This document shows, piece by piece, positions 1 to 9,100 of a DNA stretch of 64,000 nucleotides. The translations under genes were made by a program, and so were the position numbers. The DNA lies in the NCBI GenBank assembly GCA_024233435.1, contig JACKPQ010000001.1:590772-654771 (forward strand), in the 5' to 3' direction. This DNA is from Chlamydiales bacterium. GTDB taxonomy: Bacteria; Chlamydiota; Chlamydiia; Chlamydiales; JACKPQ01. Within the stretch, counting starts at the first letter, position 1. Each line of letters starts with the position of its first letter. Below the pieces are notes generated by a model. That model saw only the letters and a list, made by a program, of their open reading frames with translations, had not been told where the DNA came from and made no database searches.

Positions 1-940
1 CAACACCGGGAGGAAGGTCTTGGCTAAGTAGATCAAATTCTCGATCACTTTTTTCTCCAAGGCGTATAGCAATAGCATTTAAAAATTGGCTTGCACGGTC
101 AGGGGATTTAACCATTTCTCCACTTAACTGCAAATGAGCGTAAGAATCGTATCCTAAAAGTTGAGCTAGCTCCTGCCGCTTTTGAACAATATCTTGCAAC
201 ACTTGATCGTTTTCTGGGTATGCGCGGTTACCAAATATCTGTGACATTTTCTTCCGCACAGCACCATTTGAACACTGTTTAGTAATGGGAAAATACACAG
301 GGTAATCAGTTGTTAAGACGCAATCTCCATTTTCGTCTTGTTCCAAGGAATCAATAAACTGATCGCTCATCCCAGTTAGCTCGCTGCGATTAACAGAAAA
401 AGTCTTTCGGCTTTCCCTGATGTTTTGATCAAATTGACTGCATAAATCTGTGAGATCTTCTTTCAGATTTTGCAGCTTTATTCGGTTTACTTCATCTAAT
501 GACAACCCTTGCTTTTTTAGATCATCAAGGCAGTTTTGTAAAAAATACTCCTCTTTCTCATCTGCAGCAGAAATTTGAGCAAGTTTTGCATAAATTTCAG
601 GATGCTGTAGCAAAGTAGCGTGATCCACTTTTCTCAACTCTCCATGTATTTTAGATGCCATTTTGCGTAAAAGAGGATCGGTATGAACCATGCTAAGAAG
701 ATTAAACATCGCACTGCCATAGCTGAACGTTCCAAATGCTTGATCAAATGCTTCTAATGAGGGCTCGTCAGAATTTATAAAATGATCAACAGCAAAATTA
801 AATTCATTTAAAACAGCTTCTTTTCGATCAAGCATTGCCTCTTTTGTAAGGGGAAAAAAGGCCTCTACATCTTTTGCCGTATCTAGTTGACATAACGATA
901 CGCTCGTTATTAAGGCTGTTGCTATTGCTAAATTGATCAT
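1..940 (-). CDS. M3-family zinc oligopeptidase (oligopeptidase A / thimet-like), N-terminal part; the gene runs off the left edge
   Basis: Absent from the supplied track because it is edge-truncated. I checked the minus-strand frame codon by codon from the ATG at 940-938 and it is stop-free down to position 2. Translation starts MINLAIATALITSVSLCQ (signal-like) and continues ...NRAYPENDQVLQDIVQKRQELAQLLGYDSYAHLQLSGEMVKSPDRASQFLNAI..., the pattern that precedes the catalytic domain in M3A peptidases. The HExxH motif would lie outside the window. Confidence 0.6.
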   Translation of the reverse strand, partial: MINLAIATALITSVSLCQLDTAKDVEAFFPLTKEAMLDRKEAVLNEFNFAVDHFINSDEPSLEAFDQAFGTFSYGSAMFNLLSMVHTDPLLRKMASKIHGELRKVDHATLLQHPEIYAKLAQISAADEKEEYFLQNCLDDLKKQGLSLDEVNRIKLQNLKEDLTDLCSQFDQNIRESRKTFSVNRSELTGMSDQFIDSLEQDENGDCVLTTDYPVYFPITKQCSNGAVRKKMSQIFGNRAYPENDQVLQDIVQKRQELAQLLGYDSYAHLQLSGEMVKSPDRASQFLNAIAIRLGEKSDREFDLLSQDLPPGV

Positions 941-951
941 AAGAAGTCCAT

Positions 952-2856
952 TTAATTTTTAGTTTTCTCATCTGCAACAACAGAATGGCCTGCTGGCCAG
1001 GCGTCTTCGCTAAATTTAAGGCTTAAATTGGTTGTGTCCGCAGCATTCAACAGCAAGGAGCTGTTAGGATTGTTTTCTGCTTGGAAAACACCTTCAAAAG
1101 TCCCTGTAACATCCATATTGATTTTGGCACCCTTGTTCTCAGTAACGGAGCTCTGAAAGGTTCCTTTACCACCAAACTTAAGACTTACAGGCCTTTGTAA
1201 ATGATTAGACTGCATAATAAACTGAGTCTGCTTCAGACTATCAACGTCAGCAACAAACTCCCCAATCTCGTTGTTATTTAAAACGAGGGCACATGAACCA
1301 TCTGCGGTTATATATAAGTCAGCATAATCCCACTTATTGTCCTGGAAAATCATCACAGCAGAGGCATTCTCTTTAATGCCTGCAGAAAAAGTGCTGAGCA
1401 TAAAATTGTTTTTGATAGCTTCGACTCTTACTTGAGCTTGATCTAGCGCATCAATGTAAACTCTTTCATGGTTGCTGCCTTCAAATGTGTTTTCAAAAAG
1501 CTGCAAAACACTGTCTACCTTTGACTGGAAGCAGATTTCTGTATCAGGGGCAAACCTGCAATAGGCAATGTCTAAACGGGGGGCATCTATTGCATCAATA
1601 GAGCACTTCGCTGTTGTTTGGATGTTACAATTAATGATAGCAGCGCTCTTCCCTTGAATTGAAAAGGCAGATTCATCTTTTGTATTTAGATGAAAACCTA
1701 TAACGCGCGAGCCATTATCTAAAACAACGCCCCCTCTTAATAAGGGCTGATCAAAGTGCCACGGTCCTGCGTAGATCTCTCCTGAGAATACAGGCATTGC
1801 AGTACTTATGAATAACTGGTTTTCTTTAAGCGTAATCCCTTCGTGATATTCACCATGAGCAACAAGAATAATATCCCCTGCTTTCGAGCTGTTTTCAGCA
1901 TCGCGCAAAGTCGAGTAGGGAGACTCCCATGTTCCTTCTGAGCCACTCATAGATGGATTTACAATGACAAAATGGGCTGGCTGCTCTGTCATCGTATTGA
2001 TGAAGGGCAAAGTGCGCTCAGGATCTTGGATCGGTATGATTTCATTGCGAATAACCGGTTGCGTCATCGGATTGCAAAGCACATCTTTTTTGGCGTTTTT
2101 GTAGCTTAAGTTTCGCGGCCCAAGAGGGAAGCGTAGACCCATCACGCCCTGAACTGTAGTATGAAAAATCTTATCATAGGTAACATCACACTCAATTTGA
2201 AAAATCTTGCCAAAGGTGGCTGCCAATCTAGCTTGACCTCCCCAGCTCCCGCCTAAGTTAAAGTCATGAACCTTACGCCCAAAAAGGTAATAAGGCCCAA
2301 GAGCTCCATACCAAGCTGCGTTGGAGCAGCGATCGTTAAAGGGAACGCCTATTTCCCCTGCTATCACAGGCAAAGCGGCCTGCGCCACCTCTGTATAAGA
2401 GGCGCTGTGCCCTTGCATGACGACTGGCTTGCGTGTGAAATAGTCGGTATCTACAATGGGACCATAACCGTTAAGGCGAATATCAAGGTGTTTTCCAAGA
2501 GCTTCGAGGCCCCCGCCAATCTGCTGAGGACTAAATTTGTCAGCGTTGCGGTAGTCATAAAAGACATTACCGCCAAAAATCCATTCATTAACAGGAATCC
2601 GTAGTCCCAGCCCCCCATTAAATGCAAATCGCCCGTCATCAAAAACGTGGGCTCGCAGATCAATGAAAGGCAAAAATTCGTGTCTCCAAACTGGCGCTAG
2701 AAATGCGGCTCCAGTTGAATATCCATTATCATAACCAACGCCATTGTATTGCCGCGTCTTTAAGGTGATGCTGGACTCAGTAGAAAATTCCCTAAGTGAG
2801 CCTGCAGAGAGGCCTGAGGATAGGAAAAGTGCAAAAATCAATAAATCTTTCTTCAT
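952..2856 (-). CDS. Inverse autotransporter (intimin/invasin-type N-terminal beta-barrel) with a parallel beta-helix-like passenger
   Basis: The track ORF is 952..2991. The likely start is the internal MKKDLLIFALFLSSGLSAGS signal peptide (ATG at 2856). Barrel-like motifs are FAFNGGLGLRIPVNEWIFGGNVFYDYRN and GGGLEALGKHLDIRLNGYGP. The C-terminal half contains GDIILVAHGEYHEGITL and repetitive beta-strand-like segments. Confidence 0.6.
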   Translation of the reverse strand: MKKDLLIFALFLSSGLSAGSLREFSTESSITLKTRQYNGVGYDNGYSTGAAFLAPVWRHEFLPFIDLRAHVFDDGRFAFNGGLGLRIPVNEWIFGGNVFYDYRNADKFSPQQIGGGLEALGKHLDIRLNGYGPIVDTDYFTRKPVVMQGHSASYTEVAQAALPVIAGEIGVPFNDRCSNAAWYGALGPYYLFGRKVHDFNLGGSWGGQARLAATFGKIFQIECDVTYDKIFHTTVQGVMGLRFPLGPRNLSYKNAKKDVLCNPMTQPVIRNEIIPIQDPERTLPFINTMTEQPAHFVIVNPSMSGSEGTWESPYSTLRDAENSSKAGDIILVAHGEYHEGITLKENQLFISTAMPVFSGEIYAGPWHFDQPLLRGGVVLDNGSRVIGFHLNTKDESAFSIQGKSAAIINCNIQTTAKCSIDAIDAPRLDIAYCRFAPDTEICFQSKVDSVLQLFENTFEGSNHERVYIDALDQAQVRVEAIKNNFMLSTFSAGIKENASAVMIFQDNKWDYADLYITADGSCALVLNNNEIGEFVADVDSLKQTQFIMQSNHLQRPVSLKFGGKGTFQSSVTENKGAKINMDVTGTFEGVFQAENNPNSSLLLNAADTTNLSLKFSEDAWPAGHSVVADEKTKN

Positions 2857-2919
2857 AACAGGGCCAAGATATCGAAAATCATTCTTAAAGTAAAGAGTGA
2901 AATGTGTTAATCTTGTAAA

Positions 2920-3636
2920 ATGAATACATCTTGGCAACCAGCAGCTGACTGGTACGACACAATCACCTCTGATAAAGGACACGAGTATCACCGAACAGTG
3001 ATCATGCCTGAGCTAAAAAAAATGCTTAGCAAGACTTCGAGCCTTCTCGATCTTGCATGCGGCCAAGGGGTTCTTTCCTCTTATCTCCCTAAGAACTGCC
3101 GGTACTTGGGTATTGACATTGCCAAAAAATTAGTCCAGTCAGCTAAAAAACGTCATCCAGATCGCGAGTTTAAAACGGCAGACTGTACTGGCCCTCTCGA
3201 TCTTAATGAAACCTTTGATGCAGCCGCTTGCGTCTTGGCTTTGCAAAACATCGCTGATCCCCTAGCCCTTTTAAAGAATGCCCATAAGCACCTCAATAGT
3301 GGTGCTCAACTGATTCTTGTCCTTAATCACCCCTGTTTTCGCATCCCGCGTCAATCCTCCTGGGGCTTTGATCCAAAGCAAAAAATGCAATACAGGCGCA
3401 CAGATCGCTATATGAGCCCTTTAGATATTCCAATTAGAGTTAAGGATGCCGAGCTAATCGCTTTTCATCGCCCCCTTTCAGAGTATTTTCATTGCTTGAA
3501 ATCGGCAGGGTTTGTCATATGCAATGTGCACGAATGGTGCTCTCCCAAGACATCAACGGGCAAAAATGCTCGCGCTGAAAACCGGGCCCGAGCAGAATTT
3601 CCTCTCTTTTTGACAATCGAAGCAAAGAAATGGTAA
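2920..3636 (+). CDS. Class I SAM-dependent methyltransferase
   Basis: 238-aa ORF with motif I LLDLACGQGVLS, followed by YLGIDI and the post-I/II pattern typical of Rossmann-fold methyltransferases. Confidence 0.7.
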   Translation: MNTSWQPAADWYDTITSDKGHEYHRTVIMPELKKMLSKTSSLLDLACGQGVLSSYLPKNCRYLGIDIAKKLVQSAKKRHPDREFKTADCTGPLDLNETFDAAACVLALQNIADPLALLKNAHKHLNSGAQLILVLNHPCFRIPRQSSWGFDPKQKMQYRRTDRYMSPLDIPIRVKDAELIAFHRPLSEYFHCLKSAGFVICNVHEWCSPKTSTGKNARAENRARAEFPLFLTIEAKKW

Positions 3637-3645
3637 CGTGACACT

Positions 3646-5469
3646 ATGTGCGGAATTTTTGGATATCTCGGCGATCTACCTGGTGATAGCGTTTGTATTG
3701 GGGGCTTAAAGTCCCTTGAATATCGCGGCTACGACTCAGCTGGTATTGCAACGTCAAAAGATGGAGCAATCGTCGCCTGTAAGCAAGTGGGCAAAGTGTC
3801 TGCGCTAGAAGAGTTATTAAAACTTCAAAACTGCTCGGGAGGCGCAACGATTGCTCACACGAGATGGGCAACTCACGGAAAGCCCTCTATTGATAATGCC
3901 CATCCCCATTTCGACAGCGAGCAAAACCTGGCCATTGTGCACAATGGTATCATTGAAAATTTCCAAAGCCTCAAGCGAGCAATGCATGATAAAGGGGCTA
4001 TTTTTACAACTGAGACCGACAGCGAGGTCATCGCTAAACTTGTTAGCGCTCACTATCAGGGTAATTTACTTCAAGCATTGCAAACGACCGCCACAAATCT
4101 GCAAGGATCGTATGCAATAGCTCTTGTTCACAAAAATCACCCCGATGAGATCGTTGCTTGCGCTTACGAGAGCCCTTTAGCAGTCGGCATGTGTGATGGA
4201 GAGTGCTATATATCGTCAGATGCGAACGCATTTAAGGGCAAAGCAGTCCAAGTAGCTTTTTTGCAAAATGGGGAGTTTGCCCATTGCCATAAAACCAAGA
4301 TTGAGTTTTATGATCGCAATGGAAAGCAGATTGAAAAAGAGCTGATCAACCTCAACTTGGAAGAGGATGAGCTGAGCAAAAACGGATTTGAGCACTTTAT
4401 GCTCAAAGAGATTCATGAGCAACCGCAAACACTGCAAGAGGCTCTTGAAGGACGCTTGCAGCTTGAATTTGGCACAGCGCATTTTGAGGAACTGGAGTTG
4501 ACTGCCCAAGAAATGCAAAAAGTGCATCGCATCGTCGTAATTGCTTGCGGCACCTCCTGGCATGCTGGATTAATTGGCGTTGATCTTTTCGAGTCCCTAG
4601 CCCGCATTCCATCACGTGCAGAGATTGCATCCGAATTTCGTTATACCAATCCATTAATTGATGATACTACCCTTGTCATTGCCATTAGCCAATCAGGTGA
4701 AACAGCTGATACCATTGCCGCAGTGCGTGAAGCCAAGGCAAAAGGCGCAAAAGTCCTTGGCATGTGCAATGTGGCTCATTCAACTCTCACACGCGAAGCT
4801 GACAGCACACTCTTTTTGAGAGCTGGCCAAGAAGTTTCGGTTTGCTCCACAAAAGCCTTCACATCCCAGCTCATGCTACTCTCTCTTTTTGCTCTTTTCC
4901 TTGGACGTCAGCGCCACTTAAGCAAAGCCGATGGGCAAAAATTCATCCAAGATCTGCAAAATATCCCCTTAAAAGTGCGTCAAATCATTGCTAGCTCCAA
5001 GTCCATTGAAAAAGTTGCCAGCAAATACAACGCGTTTGAGAATTTCTTTTTCTTAGGCCGCCGGATGATGTTTCCCACATCTTTAGAAGCAGCCCTTAAG
5101 CTCAAAGAAATCAGCTACCTCAATGCCATTGCCTACCCTGCTGGAGAAATGAAACATGGTCCTATCGCGCTTGCCGGCCCTTCTTTAGCAGTCCTAGGAT
5201 TTGGAGGCAATCGTCAAACACGTGACAAACTCTACTCCAATTTAATGGAAGTCAAAGCCCGCTCCTCTCCCATTCTCCTCTTTACAGAAGATGGGGATGA
5301 AACAGCTGAAATTGCAAATGATACTCTCTTCCTGCCACCAGTGTGCGATCTGCTTGCACCAATTCTCTATAGCGTTGCCGGGCAGCTTTTTGCCTACTAC
5401 ATCGCCATTCAAAAAGGAACAGATATCGACCAACCCCGGAACCTGGCCAAATCCGTCACCGTCGAATAG
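3646..5469 (+). CDS. glmS: Glutamine--fructose-6-phosphate aminotransferase (isomerizing)
   Basis: 607 aa. It has the N-terminal MCGIFGY Ntn-amidotransferase nucleophile, two SIS domains (GTSWHAG, SQSGETADT) and the C-terminal KSVTVE. Confidence 0.97.
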   Translation: MCGIFGYLGDLPGDSVCIGGLKSLEYRGYDSAGIATSKDGAIVACKQVGKVSALEELLKLQNCSGGATIAHTRWATHGKPSIDNAHPHFDSEQNLAIVHNGIIENFQSLKRAMHDKGAIFTTETDSEVIAKLVSAHYQGNLLQALQTTATNLQGSYAIALVHKNHPDEIVACAYESPLAVGMCDGECYISSDANAFKGKAVQVAFLQNGEFAHCHKTKIEFYDRNGKQIEKELINLNLEEDELSKNGFEHFMLKEIHEQPQTLQEALEGRLQLEFGTAHFEELELTAQEMQKVHRIVVIACGTSWHAGLIGVDLFESLARIPSRAEIASEFRYTNPLIDDTTLVIAISQSGETADTIAAVREAKAKGAKVLGMCNVAHSTLTREADSTLFLRAGQEVSVCSTKAFTSQLMLLSLFALFLGRQRHLSKADGQKFIQDLQNIPLKVRQIIASSKSIEKVASKYNAFENFFFLGRRMMFPTSLEAALKLKEISYLNAIAYPAGEMKHGPIALAGPSLAVLGFGGNRQTRDKLYSNLMEVKARSSPILLFTEDGDETAEIANDTLFLPPVCDLLAPILYSVAGQLFAYYIAIQKGTDIDQPRNLAKSVTVE

Positions 5470-5471
5470 CC

Positions 5472-5741
5472 TTAGAACAAGTCTGAATGAGACCCTGTCC
5501 TAACAAAAATAATTTCGGTACGAGTCTTCAAATAAATTAGCAGCCAATCAGGTTCTATGTGACATTCCCAATGATCTTTAAAATCACCATTCAACTTATG
5601 ATTTCGATATCTTTCCGGCAAAGGTTCCTGATTAGCTATCATTCGGGCGATGTGTGCAAATTTTTTTAGGTCTTTACCCCGTTTTCTTTGCTTCTTTAGC
5701 TCTTTTTCAAATTGCTTACTCGAACGAACATGCAGGCTCAC
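5472..5741 (-). CDS. yafQ: Type II toxin, YafQ/RelE-family mRNA interferase
   Basis: 89 aa. HKLNGDFKDHWECHIEPDWLLIY...RTGSHSDLF matches the YafQ signature (H..L.G....R..H.EPDW.LIY...RTG.H..LF). It overlaps the upstream antitoxin ORF by 4 nt. Confidence 0.85.
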   Translation of the reverse strand: MSLHVRSSKQFEKELKKQRKRGKDLKKFAHIARMIANQEPLPERYRNHKLNGDFKDHWECHIEPDWLLIYLKTRTEIIFVRTGSHSDLF

Positions 5742-5986
5742 TCCAAACCCATTTTTTCTAAGAAGTCATCAATACTATTATAAGAAACTAAATTGCGGCC
5801 TTTTCTAGCATCCAGCATGGCCTTCCTTGTCTCTTTATTAGGAGCCTTCTCTGGATAAATAATTGGCTCAATAACGCCAAGGATTAAATCCTTCATAGTA
5901 AGACCGTGAGAATGGGCAATACCCTTTAATTTCTTATGAGCACGTAGCGGCATATCAACTGATAGTCTAACTGTCTTTGTCGTCAT
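5738..5986 (-). CDS. Antitoxin, ribbon-helix-helix (RelB/DinJ/CopG-like)
   Basis: 82 aa. The N-terminal VRLSVDMPLRAHKKLKGIAHSHGLTMKDLI looks like an RHH fold. The C-terminal tail NKETRKAMLDARKGRNLVSYNSIDDFLEKMG resembles antitoxin tails. It is translationally coupled to the YafQ-like toxin. Confidence 0.7.
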   Translation of the reverse strand: MTTKTVRLSVDMPLRAHKKLKGIAHSHGLTMKDLILGVIEPIIYPEKAPNKETRKAMLDARKGRNLVSYNSIDDFLEKMGLE

Positions 5987-6062
5987 TATCGTCCTCCCTA
6001 CACATATATTGGAGTGTATCTTATTCTCTGCAAATTTTCAAGCAACCTGTTTTTCTACCCTT

Positions 6063-6145
6063 TATACCAGTGTGGACTCAAAAATCGGTTTTAGGCAACG
6101 CGAAAACTTACGAAATTCGCCAATTTTTGATTCCACTTTGGTATA
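6063..6145. repeat. Palindromic intergenic element, family A, short copy (MITE/REP-like)
   Basis: The left arm is TATACCAGTGTGGACTCAAAAATCGG. The reverse complement of the right arm is TATACCAAAGTGGAATCAAAAATTGG. The inner core TCAAAAATCGGTTTTAGGCAACGCGAAAACTTACGAAATTCGCC is homologous to the core at 14708-14870. Confidence 0.8.
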
Positions 6146-6187
6146 ACTTAATTACATTAAAAGGATAATTCTCTATTTTGAAGGGGC

Positions 6188-9100
6188 ATGGAAAAAGGGA
6201 AATTTTGGGTATGGCTAGGCGGCATCATTATCAGCATCTTTGTACTGCTATTTGCCTTGCCAACACTGCTGTCAACGCGCCCAGGTACAAAGCTTGCAGC
6301 TAGCCTAACGCACTCTCAAATCGGCAAGATGGACTTGAGCTGGTTTGGTGGGCAACAAATCGATGATTTTTTACACCGTGGCAATGCAGCAGATATTGCC
6401 TTTAAACAGTTCTCAACAGACAGCTCTTTGCTCATTCTTATCCTGACAAAGCGCTCATCAGAGACTAAACTCATAGCTCCTAGCGTTACCTATCGCACTC
6501 AAAAGAAATCAAAAACAAAGCCCGCGTTCTTTCTTCCATTTAGAGGAGGCGTTGATATCCAAGATGGCACCCTCACCATCATGCAAGGCACCTCTGTTAT
6601 TGCTCAATTAAGCGATGTTTCTGTGCTCATGAATGTCAGCGATGGGTCTTTACCTGTCAACATCAAAGCCCATGGATTGAGCAGTCAAGGAACAGAAAAA
6701 GGAGAGTTCCAAGTCGATGCGATTATAGATCGTGACAGCCAAAGCTCTGCCGCTGCTAAGAAAATAAGCCAGTGGATCGGGCTGCCAAGCAAGTCACCCC
6801 TAAAGTATCAGCTCAGTGCAACTTTTAACAACCTTCCGATGAGCTGGCAAAGTGATCTTGACTCAATTTTTGGATCAGCGCTTAACGCCAAAATCCAAGG
6901 AGTTTTTTCATCTAAAGAAAACACTGCTCAAATCGAGTTGGCATCAAGCCAATTGCAATCAACTCTAAACATCGCAGCTCCTCAAGATGCCTGGATTATT
7001 CTGCCCAGTTCCTGGCTCAATTGCCAACTAAATTCAACGCTTCCACACATTCAATCCGCAACACTTAAACTACAGTCCGAGAACATATCCATTCCCATAG
7101 ATAGCTATGAACTGACCCAGGGCAATCTCAGCGCAAACGTTACGAATGCTCAAATCATGCACAATAAAGCTCTCATTTCTATCAGCTCTCTTACAGCTCA
7201 TTTAGGCACAAATAAACTCGATAAAAACCTGAAAGTGAACCTCGACTCAACGCTCAACGCTGGGAGCTCAGTTAAAGGCAGCTTTGTGTGGTCAAAACCT
7301 TTAACGGGATGGCCTTCACTATACAACATCCTCACAGGGCTTGAGCTGCATGCCCGCAACGTTCCAACTTCTCTTCTTAATGTTGAGTGGCTAGGCCCTA
7401 TTGTTAGCTTCGATGCCGCGCCAGACGGCGATATTTTAGATATCGCTATCAGCTCAAAGCTCATCAACACCCAAGCTCTAAGCCTAAAAATTAACCCCAC
7501 TGCAATCTCACTCAACGAGCGCGCGCTCATCAATTACACCTTGACCGATTCCCATCTCAAAATGCCTACTAATCTACAGATCGCTTTCACCGAACTCTAC
7601 CTGCCAAAAACGTGGCAAAAAATGCATTTTAAAGGGAGCGTTACGGCCCCAAAATTACAACTTAAATCCCTGCCCTATATCGGAGAGCTCACCCTAAACG
7701 ACGCAGGCCTTTCGGTAGTTGCAAAAAGCCTTAAAGAGATCTCCTTTTCTTCATCGGCAAAAGCTCAATTGAAAGGCGGCGTTGGTTTGCTAAACCCCAA
7801 CCTCGATCTAAAAGCCACTGGCAAAGCCAACGCCTTCGAACAAACCCTGCCCGACATTAAACTCATCGCTCAAGGCGCCTCAACAAATCTGGAAATTGAC
7901 GGCTCTGTAAAAAACAACACCCTCATTATTGACCAACCACTGGAGTTATCCACGATCCTAAAACCTCAAGCTTTCACAAGCCTGCTGCCACCAGATATCA
8001 ACCTCAAATTGATAAAGGATTCAAAGATCGATCTGTCAATTGCCCCCTTCTCATTAACTTTACCAAGCCTTAAGCCCACTTCCCCACTACAGATCACTGT
8101 GACCTCACCAGAACTTGCATTAGAAAATTACACGGTCACTCGGTTTAAACTCAAAACGCTCAACCACACGATCGAAACCTCGGGTAATATCAATCAAGGA
8201 TACTTTGACATCATGGTCGAAAAGCCTCAAAACATCATTGAGCATGCAGAGGTGACTTTAAAAGACTTTCCTTCTGCAATCATAGACGCCCTTATAAAAG
8301 ATGATGAATTTGCATACCTATTTGGTAATACAGTGACCATGGATCTAGACTACAAACCCGACATCTTTGCCCTCGATATCAATAGCCCCAAACTAGACCT
8401 GAAAGGCACTCTAAAAGTCAAAGATAACAATCTACAAAACAGCAGCGCGTTAACAATGCGCTACTTGCTAACACAAAACTCATTCGCTCATTTTTTGCCC
8501 CAGCAAACTAGTAAGCTCAAGCAACCAACTTCCATCAACCTTAATATTAGCAGATTCTCTATCCCAGTTACCCCCGCTAAAAAGCTCATTCCTCGCATTG
8601 ATTGGAACTTGGCTAAAGCCACATTTGAAGGCAAGATGCAAATCAGCGAGATGCAGCTTGAAAAATCTGGATCAAAGATCTCGACCACCCTTAAAAATTT
8701 TTCAGCAAACCTATTAAAAGCAAAGCCCACCTCTCCCCTTTCTTTTAAATCAAACGGTCGCATTGAGGGAAAAAACCGGACAGGCAGCATCGATATTTCT
8801 GGAAATGTTAGCGACTTTTACAATGAAGCAGGGAAATACGATCCCACAAACTTGTCTGCAAACATCAAAGCCCAACTAGAAACTGTCCCTACCGTATTTG
8901 TAGACCTTATCCTCCCAAAAACCTCTCTTGTTTGTGGAGATACAATCACCGCTGCAATCGATGCCGATATCGTCAAACAAAACGGCACTCTTGATGCGGC
9001 AATTACAAGTCCTCATTGCAAAGCCAATGTCGCTGGCTTTGTGCGTCGCGGCATTCTCTCTTTAAGAGAGCCACTCAAAGCTGACATTATCTTAACACCA

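Noticed and set aside
3637-3645. A possible glmS ribozyme or riboswitch upstream of glmS.
   Set aside because: Only 9 nt separate the methyltransferase stop from the glmS ATG, which leaves no room for a structured leader.
3817-5503. Many 60-115-aa ORFs in the track overlap glmS on both strands (for example 3817..4053, 4216..4563, 4403..4654, 5291..5503).
   Set aside because: They lie entirely inside or antisense to a full-length, strongly recognisable glmS. They have no family resemblance and are typical shadow ORFs.
5977-6168. A 63-aa plus-strand ORF across the family A repeat.
   Set aside because: It is made of the palindromic element and AT-rich spacer and has no SD or family resemblance, so it is most likely non-coding.
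5470-6187. A Tn7-like transposon inserted at the glmS attachment site.
   Set aside because: There are no tnsABCD-like genes and no Tn7-type terminal repeats, only a TA pair and a short palindromic element. I kept it as an islet observation rather than a Tn7 call.
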